NCBI GenBank assembly: GCA_963422205.2
Contig: CAXMWX010000005.1
Coordinates: 96,001-160,000, forward strand
DNA length: 64,000 nucleotides
From: Gammaproteobacteria bacterium
GTDB lineage: Bacteria > Pseudomonadota > Gammaproteobacteria > Eutrophobiales > Eutrophobiaceae
Direction: 5' to 3'
The notes beneath the pieces are model-generated. The model was given only the letters and a program-made list of their open reading frames with translations, had not been told where the DNA came from and did not search any database. Below, in pieces: positions 55,638 to 64,000 of this stretch. Numbering within the stretch: the first letter of the stretch is position 1; each line of letters opens with the position of its first letter. The position numbers and the translations under genes are program-made.

Positions 55638-56397
55638 TGCGCTGCTCCAGATACTCCTGCTCACTGATAATATAGCTGGTCAGGCGACCAATGTGTTCGA
55701 TTTCAATGCTGACCTCATCACCCGGCACCACATTCGACAAGCCCTTGGGGGTGCCGGTGGAGATCATATCGCCCGGCACCAGCGTCATACAGGCACTTAG
55801 GTATTCAATTAAAAATGTGATGCTGAAGATCATGTCCTGCGTGTGGCCTTGCTGTTTGATCTCGCCATTGACATAGGTACGCAAGGCCAGATTCTGCGGG
55901 TCGGGGATGTCTTCCTTATCCACAATATACGGGCCCAGCACGGTCAAGGTATCTCGGTTCTTTACTCTCAAGTTGGGCCGGTAGTAGTTCTCCAGATAAT
56001 CCCGAATGGCATAATCGTTACACAGGGTATAGCCGGCCACATAATCCATCGCCTCCTGCTGTGTCACCTTGCGGGCGGTTTTGCCAATCACGGCCACCAG
56101 CTCACACTCATAGTGCATATACGCCACCTCATCAGGCCGCATCACCTCAGCCCCATGACCAACCACGGTCGATGCGGTCTTCAAAAACAGCAGCGGCTCT
56201 TCAGGGGCGGTGAATTGCAACTCAGCCGCATGGTCAACATAGTTCAGGCCCAGCGCAATCATCGTGCCGTGTGGCGGCGCACACCAGGCAACATCACCTG
56301 GCTTGATATGGGCACCAGCCGTGGTCAGGAGATCACCATCAGGCTGAACCGTTACCGGTAGGGTGCGGCCATTGTGCTTGACCCAGGCGTGCTTCAT
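55627..56397 (-). CDS. hpaG: HpaG C-terminal subunit (FAA hydrolase family)
   Basis: ALGLNY.DH, MHYECEL, RDYLENYYRPNLRVK, TGTPKG. Confidence 0.9.
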   Translation of the reverse strand: MKHAWVKHNGRTLPVTVQPDGDLLTTAGAHIKPGDVAWCAPPHGTMIALGLNYVDHAAELQFTAPEEPLLFLKTASTVVGHGAEVMRPDEVAYMHYECELVAVIGKTARKVTQQEAMDYVAGYTLCNDYAIRDYLENYYRPNLRVKNRDTLTVLGPYIVDKEDIPDPQNLALRTYVNGEIKQQGHTQDMIFSITFLIEYLSACMTLVPGDMISTGTPKGLSNVVPGDEVSIEIEHIGRLTSYIISEQEYLEQRNAP

Positions 56398-57185
56398 GCG
56401 CTCAAACCATTGGCATAATATTCTGCTTCACTGACGATGTAGCTGGTCAATGTCCCCACCCCGGCTATCATCACCTGCACTTCATCGCCCACCTGCACCT
56501 TCGGGCGTGCCGCCGGGAAACCGGTGACAAGCACGTCATCTGCCTGCAAGGTCATAAAATCACTCACTGCCTGAATCAACTGTGGGAGGGATAGGATCAT
56601 GTCGGCTGTGCTGGCCTGCTGTTTGACTTCCCCGTTGATCATGGTCTGGATCTTCAGCAGATGAGGATCGGCAATCGCCGCTTTATTGATGATGGCCGGG
56701 CCCAGGGGGCCGGACGAATCGAAACACTTGCTGATGACCGGTGGGCGAAAAAAGCTCACCTCCGGCAGGCTGAAGTCATTGAACACGGTATAGCCGGCCA
56801 CGTAATCCATGGCCGCCTCAGCAGGGATCTTAAAACCTGACTCGGCCATCACCACGGCCAGGGCAGCACCGGCCACCATGGCCTCAGCCGAATCAGGAAA
56901 TTGCACCAGGGCATTGTGCGCGGTAATGGTATTTTCCGGTTTGATAAAAAAGCAAGGTGCCCGGGGCGGCGATTGGTAAGGTGCGGTGCTGAACTTCTCT
57001 GCAAGCCCGGCATAGTGTTGCCGGTAGTTCAATGCCGCACAGATAACCGCATGATGCGGCGGCACCAACCAGATGAACTCATCCTCGCCCAGATGGCATC
57101 CGGCAACCACCGGCCTGCCCTGTGCATCCAGCGCAACCTGCAACTCCTCTGCCTCGTGGAGGATCTGTGCCATCGCTGTACCCAT
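56394..57185 (-). CDS. hpaG: HpaG N-terminal subunit (FAA hydrolase family)
   Basis: ALNY, PY..PP.AP..FIKP.NT, NDFSLP..SFFRP. Confidence 0.85.
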   Translation of the reverse strand: MGTAMAQILHEAEELQVALDAQGRPVVAGCHLGEDEFIWLVPPHHAVICAALNYRQHYAGLAEKFSTAPYQSPPRAPCFFIKPENTITAHNALVQFPDSAEAMVAGAALAVVMAESGFKIPAEAAMDYVAGYTVFNDFSLPEVSFFRPPVISKCFDSSGPLGPAIINKAAIADPHLLKIQTMINGEVKQQASTADMILSLPQLIQAVSDFMTLQADDVLVTGFPAARPKVQVGDEVQVMIAGVGTLTSYIVSEAEYYANGLSA

Positions 57186-57187
57186 GC

Positions 57188-57988
57188 CTAATCACTGCCG
57201 CCCGGTCGGTTTGCTGTGGTATCTGGCATCACTTCCCGAACAACACGGGCGGTGCCCTCGGCGAGCAACAAGGTGTCCACCGCCACCCCCACAAAGCGGG
57301 CGCCCGCTGCCAGATACGTTGCCAGCAGCGACTTATCCAGAGACAACACCCCGGCAAACTTGCCCATGGCCGTGATGTCACGCATGGCTTGTTCAATCGT
57401 ATTGACAACGGCTGGATGCCCCGCATGGCCGAGATGCCCCATGGAGGCAGACAGATCAGCCGGGCCGATAAAAATACCATCCACACCGGCCACACCGGCA
57501 ATCGCCTTGAGGTTCTCTATGCCCCTGGTGGTCTCGACCTGCACGATGATGCACATTTCATTGTTGGCCTGATGCAGGTAGTCTGTCACCCGATTCCAGC
57601 GGGCAGCACGTGCCAGCGCCGTGCCAAGGCCACGCACACCTTCCGGCGGGTAGTAAACCGATTGCACGATGCGCTCCGCCTGCCCGGCTGATTCCACCAT
57701 CGGTAGCAACAGGGTTTGCGCCCCCAGATCGAGCAGCTGTTTGAGCAGGTTGCGATCATCACTGGGCGGCCTGACAATGGCCGGGACGGCATAAGCGGCG
57801 ATGGTTTGCAGATATGAGAGGATATCGGCCAGATGAAACGGGGCATGTTCGGCATCGATCAATAACCAGTCAAACCCGGCACCGGCACAGATCTCTGCGC
57901 TGGTGGTGTCGGCAATGCCTGCCCAGAGACCGTATTGCACATCGCCTTGCTGCAATTTCTGCTTCAGTGTATTTTTCGGTATTTGCAT
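57188..57988 (-). CDS. hpaI: 4-hydroxy-2-oxoheptanedioate aldolase (HpcH/HpaI)
   Basis: GFDWLLIDAEH, KQLLD.GAQTLL.PMV, FIGPADLSASMG. Confidence 0.92.
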   Translation of the reverse strand: MQIPKNTLKQKLQQGDVQYGLWAGIADTTSAEICAGAGFDWLLIDAEHAPFHLADILSYLQTIAAYAVPAIVRPPSDDRNLLKQLLDLGAQTLLLPMVESAGQAERIVQSVYYPPEGVRGLGTALARAARWNRVTDYLHQANNEMCIIVQVETTRGIENLKAIAGVAGVDGIFIGPADLSASMGHLGHAGHPAVVNTIEQAMRDITAMGKFAGVLSLDKSLLATYLAAGARFVGVAVDTLLLAEGTARVVREVMPDTTANRPGGSD

Positions 57989-57996
57989 GGCTGAGG

Positions 57997-58800
57997 TTAC
58001 ACAAACTGACAGGCGAGCTCTCCCAACGGCCCGTAATCCGCCCGGATGTGATCGCCCGCTTTCACGCCCACCGGCCGGGTAAATGAGCCTGCCAGAATCA
58101 CCTGCCCGGGCTCAAGGCCAACGCCATGTCGGGCAAACCGTTTTGCCACCCAGATAATGCCGTTGGCCGGATGATCCAGCACCGCCGCCGCCAGGCCGGT
58201 CTCTTCCACTGCATCGTTTTTATACAACATCGCCCCTGCCCAGCGCAGGTCGACAGCGCCCGGCGGCAGGCGCTGCTCGCCCATAATGACCGCCGCATTG
58301 CCCGCATTATCGGCTATGGTATCGAACACCGTGCGGGTGTAACCGCTGTCAGGATCGATCCGATAACTGCGGGCGGCGATCAATTCCAGGGCCGGGGTAA
58401 TGTAATCGGTGGCATCTAGCACATCGTCCACACTGACATCTTCACCCCGAAGCGGTGCTTTTAGAATAAAGGCAAGCTCCACTTCAATGTACGGATCAGT
58501 GAAATCGCCCGCCCTTATCGTATCGCCGTTGTTATAAAACATCTCATCCAGCAAGGTGCCATAATCCGGCTCATCAATATTCATCGCCTTCTGCATGGCC
58601 TTTGAGGTCAGGCCGACCTTGTAGCCTGTCAGCACAGCCCCTTCAGCGATCTTGATATCCACCCAGGCCCGCTGGATGGCATAGGCATCGTCCATGTCCA
58701 TGGCGGGATGGCGTAGGGTCGTTGCCGGTATTTGCTGACGATGACGCTCGGCACGATGCAGGGCGCGGGCGATTTGTCTTACCTTCGCTGCCGTCAACAT
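57997..58800 (-). CDS. hpaH: 2-oxo-hept-4-ene-1,7-dioate hydratase
   Basis: DAYAIQ, K.GLTS.AMQ, EPDYG, DTIADNA, LAGSFTRP. Confidence 0.93.
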   Translation of the reverse strand: MLTAAKVRQIARALHRAERHRQQIPATTLRHPAMDMDDAYAIQRAWVDIKIAEGAVLTGYKVGLTSKAMQKAMNIDEPDYGTLLDEMFYNNGDTIRAGDFTDPYIEVELAFILKAPLRGEDVSVDDVLDATDYITPALELIAARSYRIDPDSGYTRTVFDTIADNAGNAAVIMGEQRLPPGAVDLRWAGAMLYKNDAVEETGLAAAVLDHPANGIIWVAKRFARHGVGLEPGQVILAGSFTRPVGVKAGDHIRADYGPLGELACQFV

Positions 58801-58989
58801 GGCCTATCTCGCCAGGATGTCTCTTCCATGCACGGCGATTAGCCGCTGGGGTGATGTATGCAAACCATCCCACTGTTTTTTACTGAAACGCCGCTGCATG
58901 GACACATACTCACATTCAATCAATGGGGCGATATTTTCATATAACCTGTTGCCCTTGCAGGTCATCCTGATACAGCGCCTTCGCCATCA

Positions 58990-59697
58990 TCAGGAGGTTT
59001 TCTCGCCCTGCCCGCCCCCATTTTTTTCGATCCTTTTCGGGAAATTCCTGATGAACTCTGGGTCGGATAACTCCAGATGGGCATAGATCGTATCGATGCT
59101 ATCCCACAGGGCATCATAGTGAATGCAAAGCGCATCGGCACGGCTCATCCAGGTACGTATTTGTCTGGCCACGGCACACTTAAAGAAGAACGCGTTGATT
59201 GGCCAGGGCAATAAGACACCTGCCAGGCTGCCCAGCTTGGCAGACTGAAGGCACAGTAGATTGCGCCGATGCAGGCTGGCACAGATATCCTCAATGTCGC
59301 GGTATAAAAAAATGAATTTAATACTCGCCTGACTCCCTCGGTATACGTTGTGCGGGGGAGGGAACGGTGCATGCTTCAAGCCATCTCGGTCGTTCTGGTC
59401 ATTCACAGGTATAAAATGCGCCAGATACGTGATCAAAAATGTGGTGGCCGATCCTCCTGTCGAGCTGACGATGCAGGCCTTTTGTGTACCGTGCTCGGCC
59501 AGAAAATCCCGGTAGTTTTTGTGCGTGAGATTTCTTCTGTACCATTGCAGATAATATCGGATGCTAAGCAAAGCACACCATACAGGTGTGCTAACTAAAA
59601 ATCGCTTTATCCGTTGTTGGCCTCTGATCAGATCACGCATCAGGTTAAGGGGCTCGCTGTGTGTTGGTGAGTATTGCCTAACATAGCTATTGGTCAT
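58990..59697 (-). CDS. Hypothetical protein with sulfotransferase-like motifs
   Basis: IVSSTGGSATTFL (PSB-loop-like), KH, IFLYRD..D..AS, IHYDAL; overlaps the decarboxylase stop. Confidence 0.5.
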   Translation of the reverse strand: MTNSYVRQYSPTHSEPLNLMRDLIRGQQRIKRFLVSTPVWCALLSIRYYLQWYRRNLTHKNYRDFLAEHGTQKACIVSSTGGSATTFLITYLAHFIPVNDQNDRDGLKHAPFPPPHNVYRGSQASIKFIFLYRDIEDICASLHRRNLLCLQSAKLGSLAGVLLPWPINAFFFKCAVARQIRTWMSRADALCIHYDALWDSIDTIYAHLELSDPEFIRNFPKRIEKNGGGQGEKTS

Positions 59698-61141
59698 CAG
59701 CCAGCAGCGTTGCTACCAGCCGGTCGATAACGGCAATGGCGAGATCGATGGTCTCCTTATGAGTACGGTAGGATAGCACGGCAAATCGGATCATGTAATG
59801 ACCGCCCAGCAGGGTAGATGACAGCAGGATCGTCCCATCCGCCCGGATGGCCTCGAGCAGCTTTTTGTTGAACCCATCGGCATCCGCCACAGCCACATAA
59901 CGAAAGACAAAGATGGACAGCGCCGGTGGCGGCCCGGTTTCCATGCCGGGCATCGCCTTGATTTGCTCATAGGCATAGCGGGCGAGCAGCAGTTTTTCAC
60001 TTAACATGGCCCGAAACGGCGCCACGCCGATCAGCTTTAACGGCAACCACAAACGCAGCGCGCGAAAATGCCGGGTCAGTTCCGGCCCGACATCCGCTGG
60101 CGATACCTCGTCTTTGTTATAGAAACTGTCCTGCATGTAGTTTGCCGTGCAAAAGTGTGCCTGATAGAGCAGCTCGCCATCTTTGACAAGGGCCGCCCCC
60201 AGACCGAACGGCGTGTGCAACGCCTTGTGCGGATTCATCACGACCGAATCTGACAAGGCCATATCGGCGAGCTTGTCCTTGACCAAATCGCTCAAAACAA
60301 AAAAACCGCCATAGGCAGCGTCTATGTGATACCAGAGTTCATGCCGCTTGGCAACCGCACCGAGCGCCGCCAGCGGATCAACGCTGCCCACATCCGTCGT
60401 CCCAGCTGAGGCCACCACCATCCAGGGCATCAAGCCGCGGCGGCGATCAGCATCGATCATCTCGGCGAGCGCATCAGGGCACATACGAAATGCCGAATCC
60501 ATCGGCACATTGACCTGCACACACTCACCCATGCCTGCGATATGCAAGCCTTTTATCACGGCGTGGTGCGTGATCCCGGTCATATAGACAACGGCCTTCT
60601 CATAGTCCCTGGCTTTCAGTCGGAACGCCTCCCGGGCGGTGACGATGCAGGTCAGGGTGGCCAAGGAGCCGCCGGATGCCAGCGTGCCTTTGGCGTTATC
60701 TGGATAACCTGCCAGCCCGGCCATCCAGTCAAGCAACTGATTTTCGAGGTGTACCGCCCCCGGGCAGTTGGCATAATCGCCCACGTATTCATTGGTGATT
60801 GCCGCGATATAATCGCCGAGGGCGGCGTAGTACATGCTGCATGGCGGGATATAGGCCAGGAACCTGCCGGATACCGGGCTTAACCCCTGCTCTTCGACCT
60901 GGGACTGGTACAAAGCCAGCACAGCATCCATCGCCATGCCCTGCTCGGCGATGGGCGAGGCGAATATTCCCCGGCCACGTTCATCCGTATTCACATAGGC
61001 CGGGCGATCTTTAATCCGCTCCAAAAACGCCTCGGTGTAGGTAGTCACCTTATCCAGCAGGACGGCACGCTGTTCAGCATCCGGCTCAATGATCGCCGCC
61101 TGTTGTTCATACGCTCTTATCTGTGCGATAAGTGCACTCAT
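59687..61141 (-). CDS. Group II PLP-dependent decarboxylase (aromatic-L-amino-acid decarboxylase-like)
   Basis: SGGS.A, AGTTD.G.VD, HIDAAYGG, NPHK (PLP lysine), ELTRHFRALRLW. Confidence 0.9.
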   Translation of the reverse strand: MSALIAQIRAYEQQAAIIEPDAEQRAVLLDKVTTYTEAFLERIKDRPAYVNTDERGRGIFASPIAEQGMAMDAVLALYQSQVEEQGLSPVSGRFLAYIPPCSMYYAALGDYIAAITNEYVGDYANCPGAVHLENQLLDWMAGLAGYPDNAKGTLASGGSLATLTCIVTAREAFRLKARDYEKAVVYMTGITHHAVIKGLHIAGMGECVQVNVPMDSAFRMCPDALAEMIDADRRRGLMPWMVVASAGTTDVGSVDPLAALGAVAKRHELWYHIDAAYGGFFVLSDLVKDKLADMALSDSVVMNPHKALHTPFGLGAALVKDGELLYQAHFCTANYMQDSFYNKDEVSPADVGPELTRHFRALRLWLPLKLIGVAPFRAMLSEKLLLARYAYEQIKAMPGMETGPPPALSIFVFRYVAVADADGFNKKLLEAIRADGTILLSSTLLGGHYMIRFAVLSYRTHKETIDLAIAVIDRLVATLLADDQ

Positions 61142-61267
61142 CGCTCACGACTCCCCATCTTTAGCCGCCAGAACCAGCAAGCACAACATGAGGCACAGAT
61201 CGTCCAAGGGGTATTTCCCTCGGTGTGAAAACAGATGACGGCAAGATAACAGAGATAATCAGGACGT

Positions 61268-63013
61268 TCAGGCACTCGCCCCTTTGCCAAACACACGCTC
61301 ACGTACTGGCAGGCGTTTTTTCGCCCCCTGACAGACCGCTTTAGGCACATCAAAGACCAGGCGGTTATCCGGGCCGATGCCCTCTTCCCGCAAGCAGGCC
61401 GCCAGGTCATCGTCATCGACCGTGAAACCCGCCCGGCGATTGAACTCCCATTCATCCTCCAGACAGCCCCAGCCCAGATCGATGATCTGCTCACGTGTCA
61501 CCTCCTCGCCGTAGAACAGGTGGTAGCACTGGCGGATCTCATCCAGCGTGGGTTGCAGGAACTGACAAAACCCGGACGCATCGCAAACCGCATTGATGAT
61601 CTGCGCTTCCTGTGAAGCATACACCGCCTCCTCGCCGCCCAGTTCCGGATCAATCACCAGACCTGCCGTGTGATCGGCCCCCATTGCGCTGGTGGCATAG
61701 GTCACACCGGCCGCCTTCAATGGGCGCGGATCCCAGGCCGGCAGCGCCTGCCCCTTGGCCACCGGGATGCGGTGATGCCCTCGCTGTGTCCCCACCGCCA
61801 AGGCGCCATCGCCGATCAGCCGGCCGAGCGCAGAGCCCTGATTGACTTCCTGTTCTAACAAGGCGATCGCACCGGCCGCATCACCGTAGGCCATACCCCC
61901 GGAGTCCATATACACCGCAATCGCCGCACCGGTCTCAATGGTATCCAGCCCCAGCTCATCACACAGGCGATCCAGTTGTGCCACCTGCTCCCAGTCATTA
62001 ATCGCACAACAGGAACCCAGCAAGGTCAAGGTCTCAAACTCCAGCGCCGAGGTCAGGTAGTTGCCGTCCTTATCGTGCACGATATTCGAACAGCGGACGA
62101 TGCAACCGCTCATGCAGTTGTGCATACCGCCGCCACGTTCAGCAAAGCTCTCATGGATGCGGGCGCCATCCAGCTTGCCCACCTCCGGGTTACGGCCCTC
62201 GGTGCGGTTTTTATACGGAAACGTATGCAGCATGTTGGCCATGGGTACGCCGGTGCTGGTGCCGCCTTTGAAGAGGTTGTGTCTGCCGTCAGACAGGTAG
62301 GTCTGGCTGAAGGCTTTGTTGTGGGCAGCAAAGCCCTTTGTATCTGCGGCCTGGCGCAGCCGTGCCTTGCCCGGATCGATCACGATCCACTTCAAACACT
62401 TGGCCCCCATCACCGCACCGACACCGCCTCGGGCGGCATGTCGGGCCGGTCGGCGTTGCTTGTTGCGATCGGTGCAGGCAACCGATGCCCCCTTGAGCAT
62501 CATCTCACCCGCCGGGCCGATACTGATCGCCGATGCGGTTTTGGGATAATCGGCCAGCAGCCGCTCACACGCCGCATAATTCCACATGCCTTTATAGTCA
62601 TCGGCGGCAAGCAGCCTGGCCCCCTCGGCGCTGACTTCCAGCCCCCAGCGTTTATCCATCGCCATAGGCTGGCCGGTGATGATGATGCCACGATACCCCA
62701 GCCTCATCATATCCTGGCCCGGATTACCGCCGGCATTCGCTTCTTTGATGCCGCCCGTTAGCGGGCTTTTACAACCGACCGACAAACGCCCGGAAGTCGG
62801 CGCCGATGTCCCCGATAAAATCCCCGGCGCCAGCACCAGCAGATTATCCGGGCCAAGCGGATCGCATTGCGGGTCGCATTGCTCCAGCAGGATGCGGGCC
62901 GATAAAGAACGCCCCCCCAGGTATCGCCACTGCTCAGGGTAATCCACAACCTCCACCTGTTGCCTGGTCATATCCACCCGAATCAGTTTATCGTTATCCC
63001 ATGCCTGCGACAT
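61268..63013 (-). CDS. Aldehyde:ferredoxin oxidoreductase (AOR) family protein
   Basis: LGGR, KSPLTGGIKEANAGG, IGPAGE, RGG.GAVMG.K, CMSGCIVRC, EFET, D.LGLDTIE, DPR, GADHT. Confidence 0.92.
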   Translation of the reverse strand: MSQAWDNDKLIRVDMTRQQVEVVDYPEQWRYLGGRSLSARILLEQCDPQCDPLGPDNLLVLAPGILSGTSAPTSGRLSVGCKSPLTGGIKEANAGGNPGQDMMRLGYRGIIITGQPMAMDKRWGLEVSAEGARLLAADDYKGMWNYAACERLLADYPKTASAISIGPAGEMMLKGASVACTDRNKQRRPARHAARGGVGAVMGAKCLKWIVIDPGKARLRQAADTKGFAAHNKAFSQTYLSDGRHNLFKGGTSTGVPMANMLHTFPYKNRTEGRNPEVGKLDGARIHESFAERGGGMHNCMSGCIVRCSNIVHDKDGNYLTSALEFETLTLLGSCCAINDWEQVAQLDRLCDELGLDTIETGAAIAVYMDSGGMAYGDAAGAIALLEQEVNQGSALGRLIGDGALAVGTQRGHHRIPVAKGQALPAWDPRPLKAAGVTYATSAMGADHTAGLVIDPELGGEEAVYASQEAQIINAVCDASGFCQFLQPTLDEIRQCYHLFYGEEVTREQIIDLGWGCLEDEWEFNRRAGFTVDDDDLAACLREEGIGPDNRLVFDVPKAVCQGAKKRLPVRERVFGKGASA

Positions 63014-63316
63014 ACCTGCCTCTAAAAGTTACGGCTGTGGTATGCCATCATGCCGTTATGCAAAACACATGTCCAGCACCTAAGTCCATCATCACGTAAC
63101 TGGCCGCTTGTCGATGTAGCCAGCAGATGGGTGAAGGCAAGATAATCTGTCACATATCAGCCGTCCTGCTTTATTGATGCCGGGCATTATAATCCGGCCA
63201 TTAGCATCAGGTAAACTGCTATGATGTACAATGGTAAGATATGGCTGCATGACATCATGCGATGTTGCCCATAGATGAAGTACCATCTTGCAGCCGTTTA
63301 ATATGAGTATCATGCT

Positions 63317-64000
63317 TTGATAAGAAAATACCTCATCGTTACTGTCAGCGGGCTGGTGCTGGCCCTGGCGTGTTATGGTGTGTTCTATGCCAGGCAGAGC
63401 AAGCGGCTGGATGATGCCAACACGGCAATGCAGGAAGGCGATTTAACAACCGCTATTACCTTGCTTGGCCGTTACCTGCAAGACCGGCCAGAGGATGAGG
63501 TGGTCAAAGATACATTATGGCAGATAAAGACCGAGTTTGCTCATCGTTTTCTCAAGCAGGCAAAGGCGAAGCTGGCTGGCGGCGAAAACCAGGCCGCTAT
63601 CATGGCCTATCATGAACATATCGCCTACTACCCGGACGATTACGAAGCACAGCTTGCACTCATTGATGTATACAAAGTGCTGAAAATTTATGCCCTGGCG
63701 GAAAAGCAGTTAAATGAGCTGGCCGAAAAAGATGACTTGAGTGCAGATGTACGCCGCAGAGTCGATCACACATTAAACGAGATCATCAACACCTGGGCGA
63801 ATGAGACCAAGCGCCAGGCCGACCGGGATATGGCCGCAGAGAATATCAATGCAGCCATCCGGCAGTATACCCAAGCCATTCAATTACGCGCCAGAAACCC
63901 GGCATTAAAATCAGCACGAGGCGATCGGAATATTGCCATACGTGCCTTTGATGATGTGGTTAGCTGGCGTGCTTATGCGGTTTGGCTGGCAACTGATCTA
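63317..64000 (+). CDS. Membrane-anchored TPR-like protein, 3' end beyond the window
   Basis: Not in ORF track; open frame from TTG 63317 (IRKYLIVTVSGLVLALACYGVFY) followed by TPR-like helices. Confidence 0.65.
   Translation, partial: MIRKYLIVTVSGLVLALACYGVFYARQSKRLDDANTAMQEGDLTTAITLLGRYLQDRPEDEVVKDTLWQIKTEFAHRFLKQAKAKLAGGENQAAIMAYHEHIAYYPDDYEAQLALIDVYKVLKIYALAEKQLNELAEKDDLSADVRRRVDHTLNEIINTWANETKRQADRDMAAENINAAIRQYTQAIQLRARNPALKSARGDRNIAIRAFDDVVSWRAYAVWLATDL

Overview
64 kb of a gammaproteobacterial-type chromosome with no rRNA, tRNA, CRISPR, integrase or transposase that I can support. 1-27 kb is mostly housekeeping: guaAB, xseA, lipAB, yadGH-like ABC transporter, mreBCD-mrdA-rodA-mltB-rlpA-dacA-dat and gatCAB. 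It also holds a partial DNA methyltransferase downstream of guaA and a gmd-fcl-GT10 fucosyltransferase module inserted into the cell-wall operon. 27-31 kb carries a ureidoglycolate lyase pseudogene and divergent paaZ/paaK. At 31.3 kb a sulfotransferase begins with a 30-unit GACCGCA heptamer tract (candidate phase-variable gene). 32.4-36.9 kb is a decaying stress/defence islet: a DriD/PafBC-like promoter drives a PcfJ-like gene and a broken WYL regulator. The WYL 3' end occurs twice, each copy followed by a different nuclease gene (GIY-YIG with an attC-like site and DUF4160 remnant; PD-(D/E)XK). 37-63 kb is an aromatic/amine catabolic region: TonB receptor-amidase-secreted amidohydrolase-TTQ amine dehydrogenase-cytochrome c, an hpa meta-cleavage operon with a two-subunit LigAB-type dioxygenase in the hpaD slot, a group II PLP decarboxylase coupled to a sulfotransferase-like gene, and an AOR-family oxidoreductase. 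All assignments come from motif recognition by eye; no database search was run.
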